This document shows positions 40,800-54,300 of a stretch of DNA of 64,000 nucleotides, in pieces. Numbering within the stretch: position 1 is the stretch's first letter; each line of letters opens with the position of its first letter. The notes under the pieces are model-generated. The model saw nothing but the letters and a program-made list of their open reading frames with translations. It ran no database searches and had not been told where the DNA came from. Source of the stretch: Octopus sinensis (taxonomy: Eukaryota); the NCBI RefSeq assembly GCF_006345805.1, contig NC_043009.1, positions 71,114,001 to 71,178,000 on the forward strand. The letters run 5' to 3'. Both the position numbers and the translations under genes were made by a program.

Positions 40800-41978
40800 T
40801 TAGGTGTTTGCCATATTAATCACATTACTGCTATTCACAAGAGGCTGTAGCTATTTAACTCTTAAAGGCTGAAGGGCTTACTAGATCGGCCAAGAATAGA
40901 GAAGGGAATAGAAGAAAAGAGAGAAAATAATGGAGGAGGGAGCAAAAAGGGGGGGGGAAAGGGGGACTAAAAGAGAAGAGAAAAGGAAACAGAGAATAAG
41001 AAGAAGAAAAAGAAGAAAGAGAAAAGAGAAAGAAATAGGGAAAGGAGGGAAAAAAAAGAAAAAGAAAAAAGAGGGTTCTAGTTATACAGAAGAGCTAGTA
41101 GACTGTAAGTCTGGTTTTAATCAACAGGCATCTAGGAGTTAGAGGGGAATATTATTCTTTGACCAGTAAACCGTTAATTTATGCTGTGAGGTACGCTATG
41201 AGTTTAAAGAGAATCTAAAGAGATAACACAGTCAGGGGTTAAGGGGTCAGATGCTAAAATCACCAGAAAATACATTAGGAAAATCTAAGTATAATCTTAT
41301 CAAAAAGTCATAAAAATTTACTTATTTAATTTATTCATTTTATTGTCTTAAGGAGTTGTCGTTATTATTCATACATTGACTGACTACAGGTCAAATCTTA
41401 TAAGATCATTTACAAGGTGTTAGGGGATTGTCTATCATAATGAAGATAATCATATTATCACCGAGGGAATAGCCTTATTTATTTAATTATGAAATAGAAT
41501 TATGGGGCTACAGTAACTAATTATAATTTATTAGAGTTATGCTATTTAAATTAGATTAATAGGAATTAAAATTAAATATTACAATTAAGATTAAAATTAA
41601 GAATTTAAAAATTGTGAGTTTGAAATTAAATAAAGCCTCAATTAAGTAGCGAATAAGTACTATTCATTTCCTGTTCTCAAAAAACTGATGCAGATATAAG
41701 GAAAAAGATAAAGATAACTGTAATGTGAGAACTCTTAGTTATCTACTTAAAGCAGTGCTATACTAGTAGAAATCAAGTTATATCTATCTATCTAGTTATG
41801 AATATTCCAATCATTTAAAATATTTTAAAGTCTTCAATTTAGCGTGGACACAAACTTGACCTAGTTCGATATGGTTATTCAATAAGTTTCTATGTTACTA
41901 TGCTTAGAATTTCGTACGTCTCCATGGAGCATAGTTGACAAACAACCCTACTATTTTTATACGGAATTGCTCTCCTAA

Positions 41979-42236
41979 CTATTTCCCAATTAAGGGTATA
42001 ATTTTTGTTATTATTTTTGAGTTCCCAGATTTTGTTTGAAAGTGTGGGGTGGTACCAGCTTTATGACGTAATTTAAAAGTCGAGATGTGATTTCTAACTC
42101 TGGCTAAAAAATTAATTGTACAGCCAATGTAAAAATATTTGTTATTCTCCGTGGATATGGTACATTTATAGATTACATTATTTTCCCTACATAGACCAGG
42201 TGCCGGGCATTTTGATTTTATTCTACACTTACACAC
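41979..42236 (-). pseudogene. PLE GIY-YIG endonuclease domain (frameshifted C-terminus)
   Basis: CKCRIKSKCPAPGLCRENNVIYKCTIST..YFYIGCT..FLARVRNH. Confidence 0.88.
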
Positions 42237-42949
42237 AGGAGGAACAACTTCAGGCCTTTGATTATTCCTGGGTAGATGTTTAAGGTTCCTATTATTTTGA
42301 TTATCATTCTATAGTTGGTACTGATATCTAAAGTATTGTTATTATTATTGATCCTTCCGTTTCATCATTTAGGTGTAAAGTCCTACCAAGATTTCTTATA
42401 TTATTCGTAATGTTATTATTATTGTTAGTCTTTTTATCCAACTGTATATTATTGTTATAGATATCACTGATATTTTCATCTCCTTATTTTCTCCATTAGC
42501 CTTATTTCTATTATTTCTATTATTAACAATATTACTTCTATTAATATCGGCATTGTATTATTACTATTAATGTTAATGTTATTAGTCTTCTGTGGTTACT
42601 AATTTCACCTATGTTTTGATAGTTCCTATTGCTGTTTTTATTGTTGGTAGTATTATTGTTATTGCTATTGGTATTCATACTGATATTATTATTTTTATTT
42701 CTATCTTTCCTGGCTAGTTTAATGTTGTTATTATTAATTTTAGCTATTAAAGTGGACATATTTGGGAGGGTTGAATAAGAAATCCTAACTGTTTTCCTAG
42801 AAATAATCTATGATATCTATGAGAGATAGGGAAATTTTTTCCAGAATCACTTTGAATTTGTTCTGTATATCCGATTGTATCGCACAGTTGAAAGGAATAT
42901 TCAGCCATAATATATCTTTTTTATAAAATTAGGGTTCTTAGAATTACTA

Positions 42950-43982
42950 CTACATCTCACCGGAGTTATTGTATTTATTACCATTATTTTTATTTTTATT
43001 TGTGTGCATCTTAGGTTTATCTACTTCAATCTTATCCGAGTTACCTATGTTCTGGTCAATGCTTCTATTTGAATTGTTGGGCCTGTACTCTAGATTAGCG
43101 TTTACCGTTAATTTAATTCTACTTTTATTTCGGGCTTGGTCTTTTTTGCTGCTTACTTGATTACTGATAACTTCATTATTAGGAATACGTGAGTTCTCCA
43201 TATCAACGAATGTAATCTTTTGGTTGTATCCAGCCTTAGTTAACGCCGCATTATAATGCTCAGAATGGGAGTTAAATATATCCTTATTGGATGATAATTT
43301 TGAAATTCTTAATGAAATATTTCTTACTAAAGATTCTATTATATTTGGGGGATGATTTGATAAATTATTTACGTAATTCGTGACTTCGCCTTCCTTTCTA
43401 AATGGGTAATGTAGCTTGGAGTTAAGGTCTAGGGTAATATCTAGGAAATTAGCTATTTTAGTGCCCGGTTCATACGTTATACTGAGGTTGAAATCCTTAA
43501 AGAACTTATTAATTTTCTTTCTAATCCTTTCTATAACAGATTTATTATTACTAGGGATAACAAACAGAGCATCATCTCTATATAGACCCCCCTGTATTTC
43601 TGGGATATCCTTGCTTATGCATTTTAATAGATATGCGCCTACTAGGTTGGTTACCTCAGCCGAATCACTGGAACCCATTGGTATATCAAAAAAATTTGGT
43701 GTATCTGCTCTAGTCCATAATTTATTTCAAATTCAATAAATGTCTTCCTAGCTAGTAGCACAATATTGATTTCTTCTCTAGTTATGAGGGAGCGATTCAT
43801 GGCAAATATTAGTGATTTGTTGAGTAAGATAGGGGAAATGCTAGAGTAATAACTATTAATATCGAACTGAATAAAGGACAGACTACTAGTATTAGTTAGA
43901 GAGTTAAACCATTTTAGAACTTCGTCGGTACTTAGCCATAGGTTTAAGGGGAGAAGAGGGGTTATTTGGGGTAGAACAGTAT
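42950..43982 (-). pseudogene. PLE reverse transcriptase (frameshift near 43680-43740)
   Basis: ORFs 43651-44025 and 42950-43678 join into one RT with YRDD. The first about 15 codons of the upstream ORF come from the inverted repeat. Confidence 0.92.
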
Positions 43983-44498
43983 CCATATAACAAGGATTGG
44001 TACCTACCTCATTGTGTTCAACCATTGTAAAATTTATCGCCTGTGAATATGAAATTCATCTCCATTTCTCTGGAAATTTACATCTACACCATTGGAATCT
44101 GTGCATATATACAAAGGATTAATTCACCCTCTCTGTAATGCTAATAACAATGGATAAATTTGTCTTCTGTGAGTATATAATCCCTCATCATATCTATGGA
44201 AATTCATATGGATTAGGTCACCTTCTCTGTGATGCTATCAAAACTTTTTTAATATTCTGTGATAAGACTATACATCATCTTTAAAGAACTTTAATGAACT
44301 TTAGAAATCTGTTTAATTATCTACATTACTTCATGAGTATAGCCTCAAACACTAGGATGTCTAGAGAACTTACATGTATTTTAGCTGATGAGTACGGGAC
44401 TCGTTTATATGCTGTAACCTTTGCAACTTTTAATAAAACTGTCCTTGTATGAAACGATCGTACTAAAAACCTATCCATTCTTGTTGCTTCTTTCTCGC
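43983..44498 (+). repeat. Right inverted repeat, an inverted copy of the 3' pseudo-LTR at the truncated 5' end
   Basis: Reverse complement of 40284-40799. Confidence 0.95.
44379..44468 (+). ncRNA. Type I hammerhead ribozyme fold (antisense to the PLE ORF) with extended stem II
   Basis: Stem I 44379-44384 / 44463-44468; CUGAUGA 44385-44391; GAAA 44451-44454; GUA cleavage triplet 44460-44462. Confidence 0.75.
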
Positions 44499-44931
44499 TT
44501 ATAATCACCCCACATTACTGTATTGTTAAATCAGTATAGTTTTTTTTTTGGTGCATCTAAGTTAGGTACCATATTCAAGTAAATTTTTTTAAATTAACTT
44601 GAATCTTTATTGCTCTTTGTATATATATATATATATATATATATACATACATACATATACATACATATTTGTGTGTGTGAAATGAAATAGATGACAAGAG
44701 AACAGGAATTATGTAATCAACTTTATTAGCTTACAGTTGTTTCTGCTACATTAGCCAAAAGCTAATGAAGTCGGCTACAGAATTCCTATTCTCTTGTCCT
44801 TCATTTTGTGTCGCATTACACTCTGCATTGGCCTAACGGTTTATTCTGAACAGTATACGTATATTGAATTCTAACACCAGGTTATTAGAATCGCTATGCC
44901 GAAGCGAAATATAAGAATGTGTGTGCCTCTG

Positions 44932-45004
<73 letters not shown>

Positions 45005-46962
45005 AAACCTATTATGAAGACATGGAGCACATTTCGTAGATATGCGTTTGTTGATTTTAGACGGCTGTAATTAGTGTACAAATATAGTAAGTGTAACAAG
45101 TAATGATTCGATATTTATATATTTAATCATTAAGGATATTCGGCCGACGTTGATGTTATCCTTCATCTTTTCGGCGCCGATAAAACTAGAATCAGTTGAG
45201 CACTGGAGACGATGTACTCAGCTTACCCCCTTCCCGAAATTGCTGGCCTTGGGTCAAAGTTTGAAATCAATAATTTATAAGGATAAATATACAGGAAAAG
45301 AGAAAGGTAATGATGAGGAATAACCTAAGAATTTAAATTTCATATATTTAATGAGGACATCGAGACATGTAGGTGTAAATGTAGCGATCAGTTAAGATCT
45401 GATATGAGAAGTTCGAACGAGAGGTGCGGCAACTTTTAACCTCAGCCGCTGAAGGGGCGGCATCGGAATATAATGTAAGTTGCGTTTATTAAAGCGGGGC
45501 AGCTCCGTACAATCATGACTGATATATCAACCTCGATAACCAGGTTAATCCGATCAAACATATCTCAGGTTATTAATATCCTGGCTATATCCATATTGCC
45601 TTATTTTTAGGCATAACGTATTCAAAACTGCTTTCTTTTTGAAGAGAGAAGGAAGTAAGTTGAAGCCGATTTCGCTAGCATTCCAAGCAGACTGAACGGT
45701 CGCGTAGACGTTAACTCGGATATTACCATATGTTGTTGTTGTTGTTGTTGCTGTTATAGCTTGGGAAACTCAAGCACTCAGTATTAAGTGTGCTGGGCAT
45801 GAAGACAGCGCCTATGGCTTGGTACAAGTATATAAATGTAGGCCCTTCTGGAGTCTATGCATTGCCATCGATTCGTCTCTCTCCGTCATCAATGCGAACA
45901 ATACAAACAATAGCTAAAGTAATATTACGTGTAGCTTCTATTTGAAGAAGATTCCTATAACACTTTTGAGAACAACAACATGTTATAAACCTTATTTATC
46001 ATACGACACTTTGATCTTACCCAAAAAGCCACCCTGATGTTGCTTCATTCTTTTTCTGACAATATTGTCGACATTGCTATTAAAGATGGCGCTTTTCAAA
46101 ACTTATTTTTTTAATATTCAGAAACTGAAGGTTACATTACAAGCAAGTGTATTCTAGATAATAAGTGAATTCAGAAATATATATAGATAGATTTAGATAT
46201 ATGTGTGTGTGTGTTTGTATGTACGTGCTTGTGCATACACGCGCGAACACACGCATACGTATATGCGATCTGTAATATATTTATGTGATTGAGTGTATAC
46301 ATATATTAATATATTTAAATATTATACTTACATATATATGTGTGTGTATAGATGCATGTGTGCGTGTGTGTGTGTTTGTATTTGTGTCTGTAAATTCTAT
46401 TGCTATATTCTATTATTTCCTAGTAAATAGCCTGATCGACGTGGAAATATCTTTGAAGAAATTCGGACTAAAACACACCAAAACAATCTTGACACTCAAT
46501 ATGTTCGATTTCACAACATTATCTTCAAACCTTTCACTAAAAGACATTCGAGAAAGAATCGGCATTTTTCTTTTTTTTTTTACCATTTCTTTTATTTGTT
46601 TTAATTCTTTTTCGCAATTCTTGTTTCGTTTTAATTTTTTTTTACTGTTTCTATTCTTTTTTTCCTCCTCTTTTTCTTCCTTTATTCGGTTTTATATACT
46701 ATGGTAGTTCAGTTTTATACTGTAGTAGTTCGAAATGAAAATTATTTCCAAATAAGCACGAAGTGTAATAAGAACTTGAATAGAATATTTCAATGATACA
46801 GGATTAATACTTCTATTATTCATGACATTTTAATGTCCCACACCGAACTGTCGGACCAACGAATATATATCTATTTAACTGCCTTTCTATTTATCTATCT
46901 GTTCAGCTACACACCTATATACATATGTAAGTATGGTGTACATATATGTATGTGTGTGTGTT

Positions 46963-47006
<44 letters not shown>

Positions 47007-47589
47007 CATACACACATATGCACACACACATAAACATTCATACATACACACATATATATTTTTCCTATGTCGCTTCGATTTTTTCCGTGGATATTTTCGT
47101 AAACATTTTTATGGTTCCTGTTTTGTGTTTTTAGCACGGAAATACAGTCACGTGGAGTTCATGTGAGGCTTTAAGTTAATCTTATCCCGAATCCCTGTGG
47201 TTAATCAAATCAGTACATACATCCGTTTTCAGGAGTTTCGAGGTGTTGCGATAGATAAATCTTTAGCTCCATTCGATTCTTTCTTTTGCAATTAATCTTT
47301 CCTGTGAAGAGTTCAACTTCAATAGATTGTATATATTTTCGAATGAGAGAACTTCGATCGTTATAGGTTAAGGTCCTCCAACAGCAGCGGCACCCAATAT
47401 TTTTCAGATTTTGGCAAATCAATAAACTTAATATTATACAAAATATTTAAATTCCGAAAAGAATAGCTCAATTAAAATTTGATGCTTTTTTGGGGAAATA
47501 TTCTTGCATTAAATACAAGATTGTTGCCTTTGCACCTAATCTTCATTGCAAAGCATTTTCACGAATATTATACATTATATGCGCATTAT

Positions 47590-47754
47590 ATGTGTGGTAA
47601 GAGGTTGGCTCTCCAAGCACATGGTCGCAGGTTCAGTTCCACTGGGTGGCACCCCAGAAATGTGCCTTATACTGTAGACTAGGGCCGACTAAAGCTTTGT
47701 CCGTGGATTTGGAGGACAGAAACTAAAAGAAAGCTGTGTGTGTGCGTGTATGTA

Positions 47755-47823
<69 letters not shown>

Positions 47824-48018
47824 CTCCCCGTCGCTTGACAACAGGTGCTGCTTTGTTTACATCCTCGTTACTTAGCCACTCGGCATTAGAGACTGATAGA
47901 ATAAGTGCCAGGTTTTTAAAAAAAAAGTAAGAACTGGAGTCGATACGGTTGACTGAAACTCTTCAACATAGTGCCCCAGCATGACCGCAGTCCCGTGACT
48001 GAAACAAATGAAAGAATG
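47590..48018 (+). mobile_element. Long tRNA-derived SINE with internal (TG)n
   Basis: tRNA-like head GGTAAGAGGTTGGCT...GGTTCAGTTCCACTG and tail CCAGCATGACCGCAGTC...GAAACAAATGAAAGA. The tail is shared with a fragment at about 12455-12515. Confidence 0.75.
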
Positions 48019-49589
48019 TACATTTCATCCAATTTCCTGAAGTAAACACTTTGTCTTCGCCATTCTTTCGAAATGACATCGCCACCCAATTCGATCTCTG
48101 ATTCTTGTCCTCCATATACAACATAACAAAATAAACAATGTGCTCATGGCTAAATTCTCTCTTTTTTTTATCATAGATTTGCTCAAAGAAACCTGGAATG
48201 TGTCTGAGCAAGAACAACGACAACCATTCACCGTTATCCGATTAACCACTGAGATTTATCTTGGCCACAAACAACAACACCGCCACACCGATACGATTCG
48301 AACTTTCTACCTTTCGGCTAAATGTCTGGCACTGTATCAACTCTGACATCTATACTCTCGCTTCTCCTTTTAATAATGAAATGTTCATTTTAGTCTGATT
48401 TTGACAATTTAATCTGCTGTTTCCATCTTTGTAGATGTATTTCAACGTTATGTTGTAAAGATCGATGGCGAATATTCACCGAGCTATTTTTTTAATTAAT
48501 ATTTTAATACGTGTACTGCGACTAAAAACTTGTTTGTCAATATTTTCTAGAATTATCTTCCATCTACATCAGTTATGAGGAAATACTCCACTTGTCATTA
48601 AAAACGATAAGGTGGAGAGGCAGGGCTTCTGTCGGAAATGCTACGTACAAACGCAAGAGCCAGTATAATGTGGTGCTTTACACACATACGGTACACTTGC
48701 ACACGCACGCGCGTACAAACAACTGTGTATGAGAGAGAAAATGTGTGTGAGTCTGTGTGTTTGTGTGTACCTGTATGCATGAGCACATACGTAAGTATAT
48801 GCACACACATACACACACATAAAATCGGTATTTTTCTCAATAGCATTGAAACGAATTATTTATTGCAGCATATATATATACACAGGAAACACACAAAAAA
48901 TACCTATAAAATATAGAAAAGAATAAAAGATAATGAATAAAGGATAATGATCAATCCAAAAACAACTTCACTGATTCATCAACTATCACAAAAAAAACAA
49001 TACTTGTATTCACTGATGTCTCTTTGTGAGTCACAGTGTGTATAATTGGGCGTTTAAGTACATATATATGCGTACGTGTGTGTGTTATGCGTATTGTATG
49101 TGTGTGTGTGTGTGTGTGTTGAAAAATATAAAGTATGTAAATCGAACAGGAAACTCGGTGTTGCATAATCTGAGTTTCAAAGTGTTCTCGAACGCAATAT
49201 ATATACACCCTCTGTATAATACAGTTATAGTTTTGTTTCTTAGTTATGAAAAATTCTTCATTGAAAATGCTGCTATGCACCTTTTGCCCAGACTATTGGA
49301 ACCAATGTCTATTTGATTTCTGCCAGGCATCGTTGTATGCTCTTTGGTGAGACGCAGTATTCTGTAAATCCCAGAAGGTAAATCTGGATGAAAGGTAAAT
49401 TTATCTCCGGAAAGATTTAAATTCGTAAATCTGCTCTTGGAGAATTCCTTTCTCTTTTCCACGATGTTGTCCACAGCTTGAGACCTGTGACATCGAAGGC
49501 ATTGGCATTGATATGTAAATAACCAAAAATAAACTACTGCAACGTATCCTATTCCATGTTCTGGCATTTTCACCAATCTTCCATCTTGC

Positions 49590-49710
49590 ACTGGTACCAA
49601 AGAAAAGTGAGGTTAACTTCGATTGGATTTGAACTCATAGCGCAGAGCTGGAACGAATACCAAAAGGGTCTATGTCCGGTGTTCTAATGATTCATCCAAT
49701 TTGCTCCTTG
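49590..49710 (-). mobile_element. Decayed SINE fragment (core family)
   Basis: GAGGTTAACTTCGATTGGATTTGAACTCA. Confidence 0.55.
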
Positions 49711-50715
49711 ACGATGAATGTCAATATATGCCTCGATGGATTATGACCCCCTACTCTTTTCAACCAGGTCCCCAGTTTCCCTAAAATGTATGTTATCCAT
49801 CTTTGTACCGTTCTTGTTATTCACACTATTCCAAAAATAAAATAATAATAAAAATCAAATTCCTTAAAGACCCGACTTTTAGTCAGAAGGATACAGCCTG
49901 ATAGTCTGTACCCATTTTCAAATTTGACCAACATCTTTTATTAATAGGTTTTCGAAGATCAGATACTAAATCCTACTAGTTTGAGATATTGGTTTGGTAT
50001 TTATTTCTCCGTCGAAACTATAAATGTTAAGTTCTATCAACGAAATCTTGGGAATACGTCAGTTTAGATTTACTGTGTCGAATACAACTGAAATTTTAAT
50101 ATTCTAAAATTTCCATTGTATTCTTATTTCCTTTCAAGACCCTGTTCGCACTGCATACACACGTACATATACACACGTGTGTACTTGCATTTATATACCT
50201 CGACATAGAAATGTTGAGCTGTATAAATATTTATCTGTGTGCATGTCTAATGGTGTGTGTCAGCATGTATGTGTTCCTGAGTATAAATATTCCTGTGTTT
50301 TGAAGTGCGGGAACAACATTAAAGGATTTTTTGATTCGAAACCAAAGGGTGAGTGTTGATATTTGTTTTCCCTGTGTATGACACAAAGAAAGAGAGAGGG
50401 GAAGAGAGACTCTGGGGTTGCGAAGTTGAGAGGAAGTGCCCAATATATATATGGCAGACTTTATTAGTTATTTACAGTAAGAGATATCGAACTGTTATAT
50501 ATAATTGTGTGACTGGGAGGGGGTGTTGCCTCTAAACTCGCAATTTATATCTCGAGAGACAGATGAAACATAAAGAGGAAACTAGGTGGACGAATGAAAA
50601 CTGTGTGGAAGATTGTGTATGCAAACACACGTACACGGAAGGTGGGAAAGATAATGGTTCACTATGGCGTTGATGCTGGTGCATACATACATACATTACA
50701 TATATAGATATACAT

Positions 50716-50775
<60 letters not shown>

Positions 50776-50875
50776 ATATTGATATGAAGACACATATTCG
50801 TTCATACAAATGCACACACACGATATATAAGCGAACATATGTACACTGAGAAAGAAAGTGAGAAAGAGAGAGAGA

Positions 50876-50908
<33 letters not shown>

Positions 50909-51212
50909 TGTGTGTGTGTGTGTGAGTGTGTGCGTGCGTGTGTGTGTGTGTGCGTGTGTGCATGGTGTGCGGCTGTATAGATTTTCAAGTGTAGATTTGA
51001 ATGATACAAGAGCGAGAGAGAGAGACGGTGTTTTATTTGCGTTGCCAACTAGCAGTGCTGTCACCATTAGCAATTGTATCGAAACGGTCTGGGAGACAAA
51101 TTGAACCTGTTCTTTCATATCTCTCTCAATAAACACAGTAACTATATCTCAATTACCACCAGGGGTGATATTATCATTCATTTGTATTATTTCACTAATC
51201 GCTTACATTAAA

Positions 51213-51255
<43 letters not shown>

Positions 51256-51379
51256 TTCAGACAAAACTTACCGCATGAGTGTATATTTATATAAGCTTAT
51301 AAATTTTATGTATGCATGTGTATTTTTGTGTGTATACATACATATATGCATAGATATATACATATATATGTGTATATAT

Positions 51380-51430
<51 letters not shown>

Positions 51431-51606
51431 GCGTTTATTTATATATATGTATATGTCCATTGAACACATATACATAGGTAAATACAACTTACACATTCGT
51501 AAGTATACATGCATATTCATAATCATTCTTGTGTGTGTGTACTTATATATAAATGTGTGTGTGTGTGTGTATACAGACACAGAGATTGATGTAGATAGAT
51601 AGATTG

Positions 51607-51637
<31 letters not shown>

Positions 51638-52098
51638 CGTGTGTGTGTGTGTGTGTGTAGATGTATATGTATGTACGGTCACAACAAATATATACACAAT
51701 CTCAGCAATCACGCAAACCTATAATGATGGCCAATATATAAAGTTTTTCATGATATAACCCCACCTATAGAAATGTTTAGCAAACGCCATTTCCGTAGTA
51801 AATATCCCGGATTTCTGCTACAATAATTTCTACCAAGAGATTGCCTATTGTGGCTATTAATGGTGTCAGTCTGTTATTTCCTATCTATTTTGTTAAAATA
51901 CATATCAATACCAAACCGATTCCTTGCATAACGCAACTACCCATGATAGTTAAAATGACTCTCGTGAATAACATCCTATTTATATTTTCAAAAGAGCATT
52001 TTGGTATGGAGCAAACGCCGATCCTTCTGTTGCTGTTAACGCGACTTTTACTTTGTAGTTCAGCTTAAATTAATGTCTTGCTTTGGAAAGAAGAACAG

Positions 52099-52160
<62 letters not shown>

Positions 52161-52499
52161 TGTGTGTGTGCTGTTAAGGTTTTCAGAGGAAGCCTTTATC
52201 ACCGTTCTCAAATACAGCTTAAAGAGGAAAGTTTAGACAGAAATGAAGGTTTCTATCTTCGAATGAAATTTCGGTGAAAGTTGGTTGTTTGTCCTGGGAG
52301 AAGACACTTGCGCTTCCGTCAGCAAAATCCAAGATTTTATAAGAAGAATCCTAAATCACATTCCACTTTTCCTTTCCATTTTGTGGAATCCTTCTTTTTG
52401 TATTTTTCGTTGTTCTTTATTGTTGTGGCTGTTAATTATTTGTTTTAATCATTCGCTTTTCTTCATATCCCTAACATCTTGGCCAAGCAAAAGAAATTC

Positions 52500-52700
52500 C
52501 TGATGGCGGACTGACAGAATTGTTTGCACGTCGGTCAAAAATGTTTAACGTCATTTCTTCCGACTAATTACGTTCTGAGATCAAATTCCACCGAGGTCGA
52601 CTTTACCTCTCCCACTTTCAGTGTTGGTAAAATAAGTGCCAGTAGAGCTTTGGTATAAGCGACTAACCCCTAACATTGCTGGCCTTGTTCCAAAATTTGA
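52500..52700 (+). mobile_element. SINE (core family)
   Basis: TTACGTTCTGAGATCAAATTCCACCGAGGTCGACTTTACCT...ATTGCTGGCCTTGTTCCAAAATTTGAA. Confidence 0.8.
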
Positions 52701-52829
52701 AGCAGTTGTTGCTGCTGATGATGTTACTGTTATTCAGTGGATTTCTTCAATATTTTTCCTTACATTCTTTCACTGCCCCACCGAGGACAACCCTGTGATC
52801 CTTGGTTTCTTTAGTTTTTAATTTTTCTG

Positions 52830-53440
52830 TTGTTGACAACACACCATGCAATGTAGGATCATTTTTCAATTTCTTAGAGAATACATGATGTTGCGAGTCA
52901 AATATTGATTAGGAAGCATTTCCCTTCCTGATGCTATTCATAACAATAAACGGCCGAGTACTTCTCGTTACTTCGTCTGGATTTACCGAAAATGGCCCCT
53001 TTGCCATTGTTTGAAACCCTTTCTGTTATATACATATATTTCTTTTCTCTCGGTATTTCAGAATGATTGTATAACTTCCAGTGTATGAAAGATGCTGTCA
53101 AGCTGTAAACATGTTCTTTTCAGCTAAGCTTTGGCAACGAGAGACAATTTCTTTAATTGCTTCTGCCGAATCCCAGCACAAAATATCCTGTAATTAATTA
53201 ATGTATTCTATTTAATTACATGCTTTGCTGCTTTCTTGACGCAATCTGTTCATCCTATTCTGCTACCAAGAAAGCTTCTGTCCCAGTCTGGGGACTCGGG
53301 CTTCTTAACCACGGTGGCAATTTTCCTTCTCTTTTCTTACTCTACCCATTTTATCCCGATGTGGGCCATAGAAGCGTTTTCATTGCCATTGCTTTAGTTT
53401 TACATCTATAACCTCCTTTTAGTTGTTTTGTGTTTATGAT
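52830..53440 (-). mobile_element. Decayed RLE-type element fragment (CCHC region and nuclease start)
   Basis: Reverse translation gives AEAIKEIVSRCQSLAEK and IHWKLYNHSEIPREKK. Confidence 0.65.
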
Positions 53441-53479
53441 TTATGTTTTTCATTCTCCATTATTCCACCCCAAAAAAAT

Positions 53480-53481
53480 AT

Positions 53482-53545
<64 letters not shown>
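53480..53545. repeat. (TAA)n microsatellite
   Basis: Direct reading. Confidence 0.95.
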
Positions 53546-53850
53546 TGAACAGCTACGACGATTTAAAGTGGGAAATAGGAAGGTTGTGGTCAATGAAGAG
53601 AGTAGACGTGATGCCAATAGTAATTGGTGCACTTGGAAGTATCAGTACTCAACTACCAACATGGCTGAAGAAGTTGGTACAAGTGTGAAGGTAGAACACC
53701 TACAATAATTAGCATTGCTTGGAACTGCATGAATTCTTCGCAGGTTTTTTGAAGCATGACCAGTAAACAAGTGTCACCTTAGTCTGCTGGCTGTGGACAC
53801 TTGATACTTTCCATCTTACCCAGCAAGATAAGCTGTGAGTTTTCAGATAA
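53545..53850 (+). mobile_element. RLE-type element 3' end starting directly after (TAA)n
   Basis: YDDLKWEIGRLWSMKRVDVMPIVIGALGSIS..., then LALLGTA*ILRR. Confidence 0.85.
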
Positions 53851-54300
53851 ACCCGAAGGCATCATCGAAAATGATAATGTAAAGATCCTCTGAGATTTTA
53901 TTATTCAATGCGACCATGAGATAGAGAATATGAAACCAGACCTAATGTTAATTGAGAGAGAAAGCAAACGATGTTGGATCATAGATATAATATACCCAGC
54001 TGACAACAAGGTATTAGAAAAGGAAGAAAGAAAAGTTGAGAGATATGACAGGTTAGCTTGGAAGGATAAGCAGTTGTGGTCGCTGAAAAAGGTGGTAGTA
54101 GTACCAATAATTGTCGGTGCCCTGGGAACAGTGAGTAAAAATCTTGAGAAGTACATGGAACAAATAGGGGCTGCAATAAGAGTGGAGCACTTACAGAAAA
54201 CAGTACTGCTTGGAACCGCTCGAATACTCCAGAAGGTACTCGAAAAATAAGAGGTGTTACCGTAGTTCACTGGAAGTGAACAACTGACACCACTGTACAA
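53850..54300 (+). mobile_element. Second RLE-type 3' fragment (PD-(D/E)xK nuclease)
   Basis: ORF 53930-54250: KPDLMLIE..CWIIDI..KVERYDRLAW..VPIIVGALG..LQKTVLLGTARIL. Confidence 0.88.

Larger units (their letters stand above)
40284..44498 (-). mobile_element. Penelope-like retroelement (Neptune-like), 5'-truncated, bounded by 516-bp inverted repeats
   Basis: RT motifs FIQFDI, MGSSDSAEV, YRDD (43571-43582), NFLDITL and NHPP; WLNIPF...RISYSTLPN linker; CKC..CP..G.C plus VIYK..YIG GIY-YIG. The terminal repeats differ at 3 positions. Confidence 0.95.

Noticed and set aside
40284-44498. LTR retrotransposon or DNA transposon reading of the long terminal repeats
   Set aside because: The repeats are inverted, there is no gag, integrase or transposase, and the RT plus GIY-YIG are PLE-type.
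44720-44790. Possible further hammerhead (GAAAC-AACU-GUA on the minus strand)
   Set aside because: No CUGANGA core in the right position.
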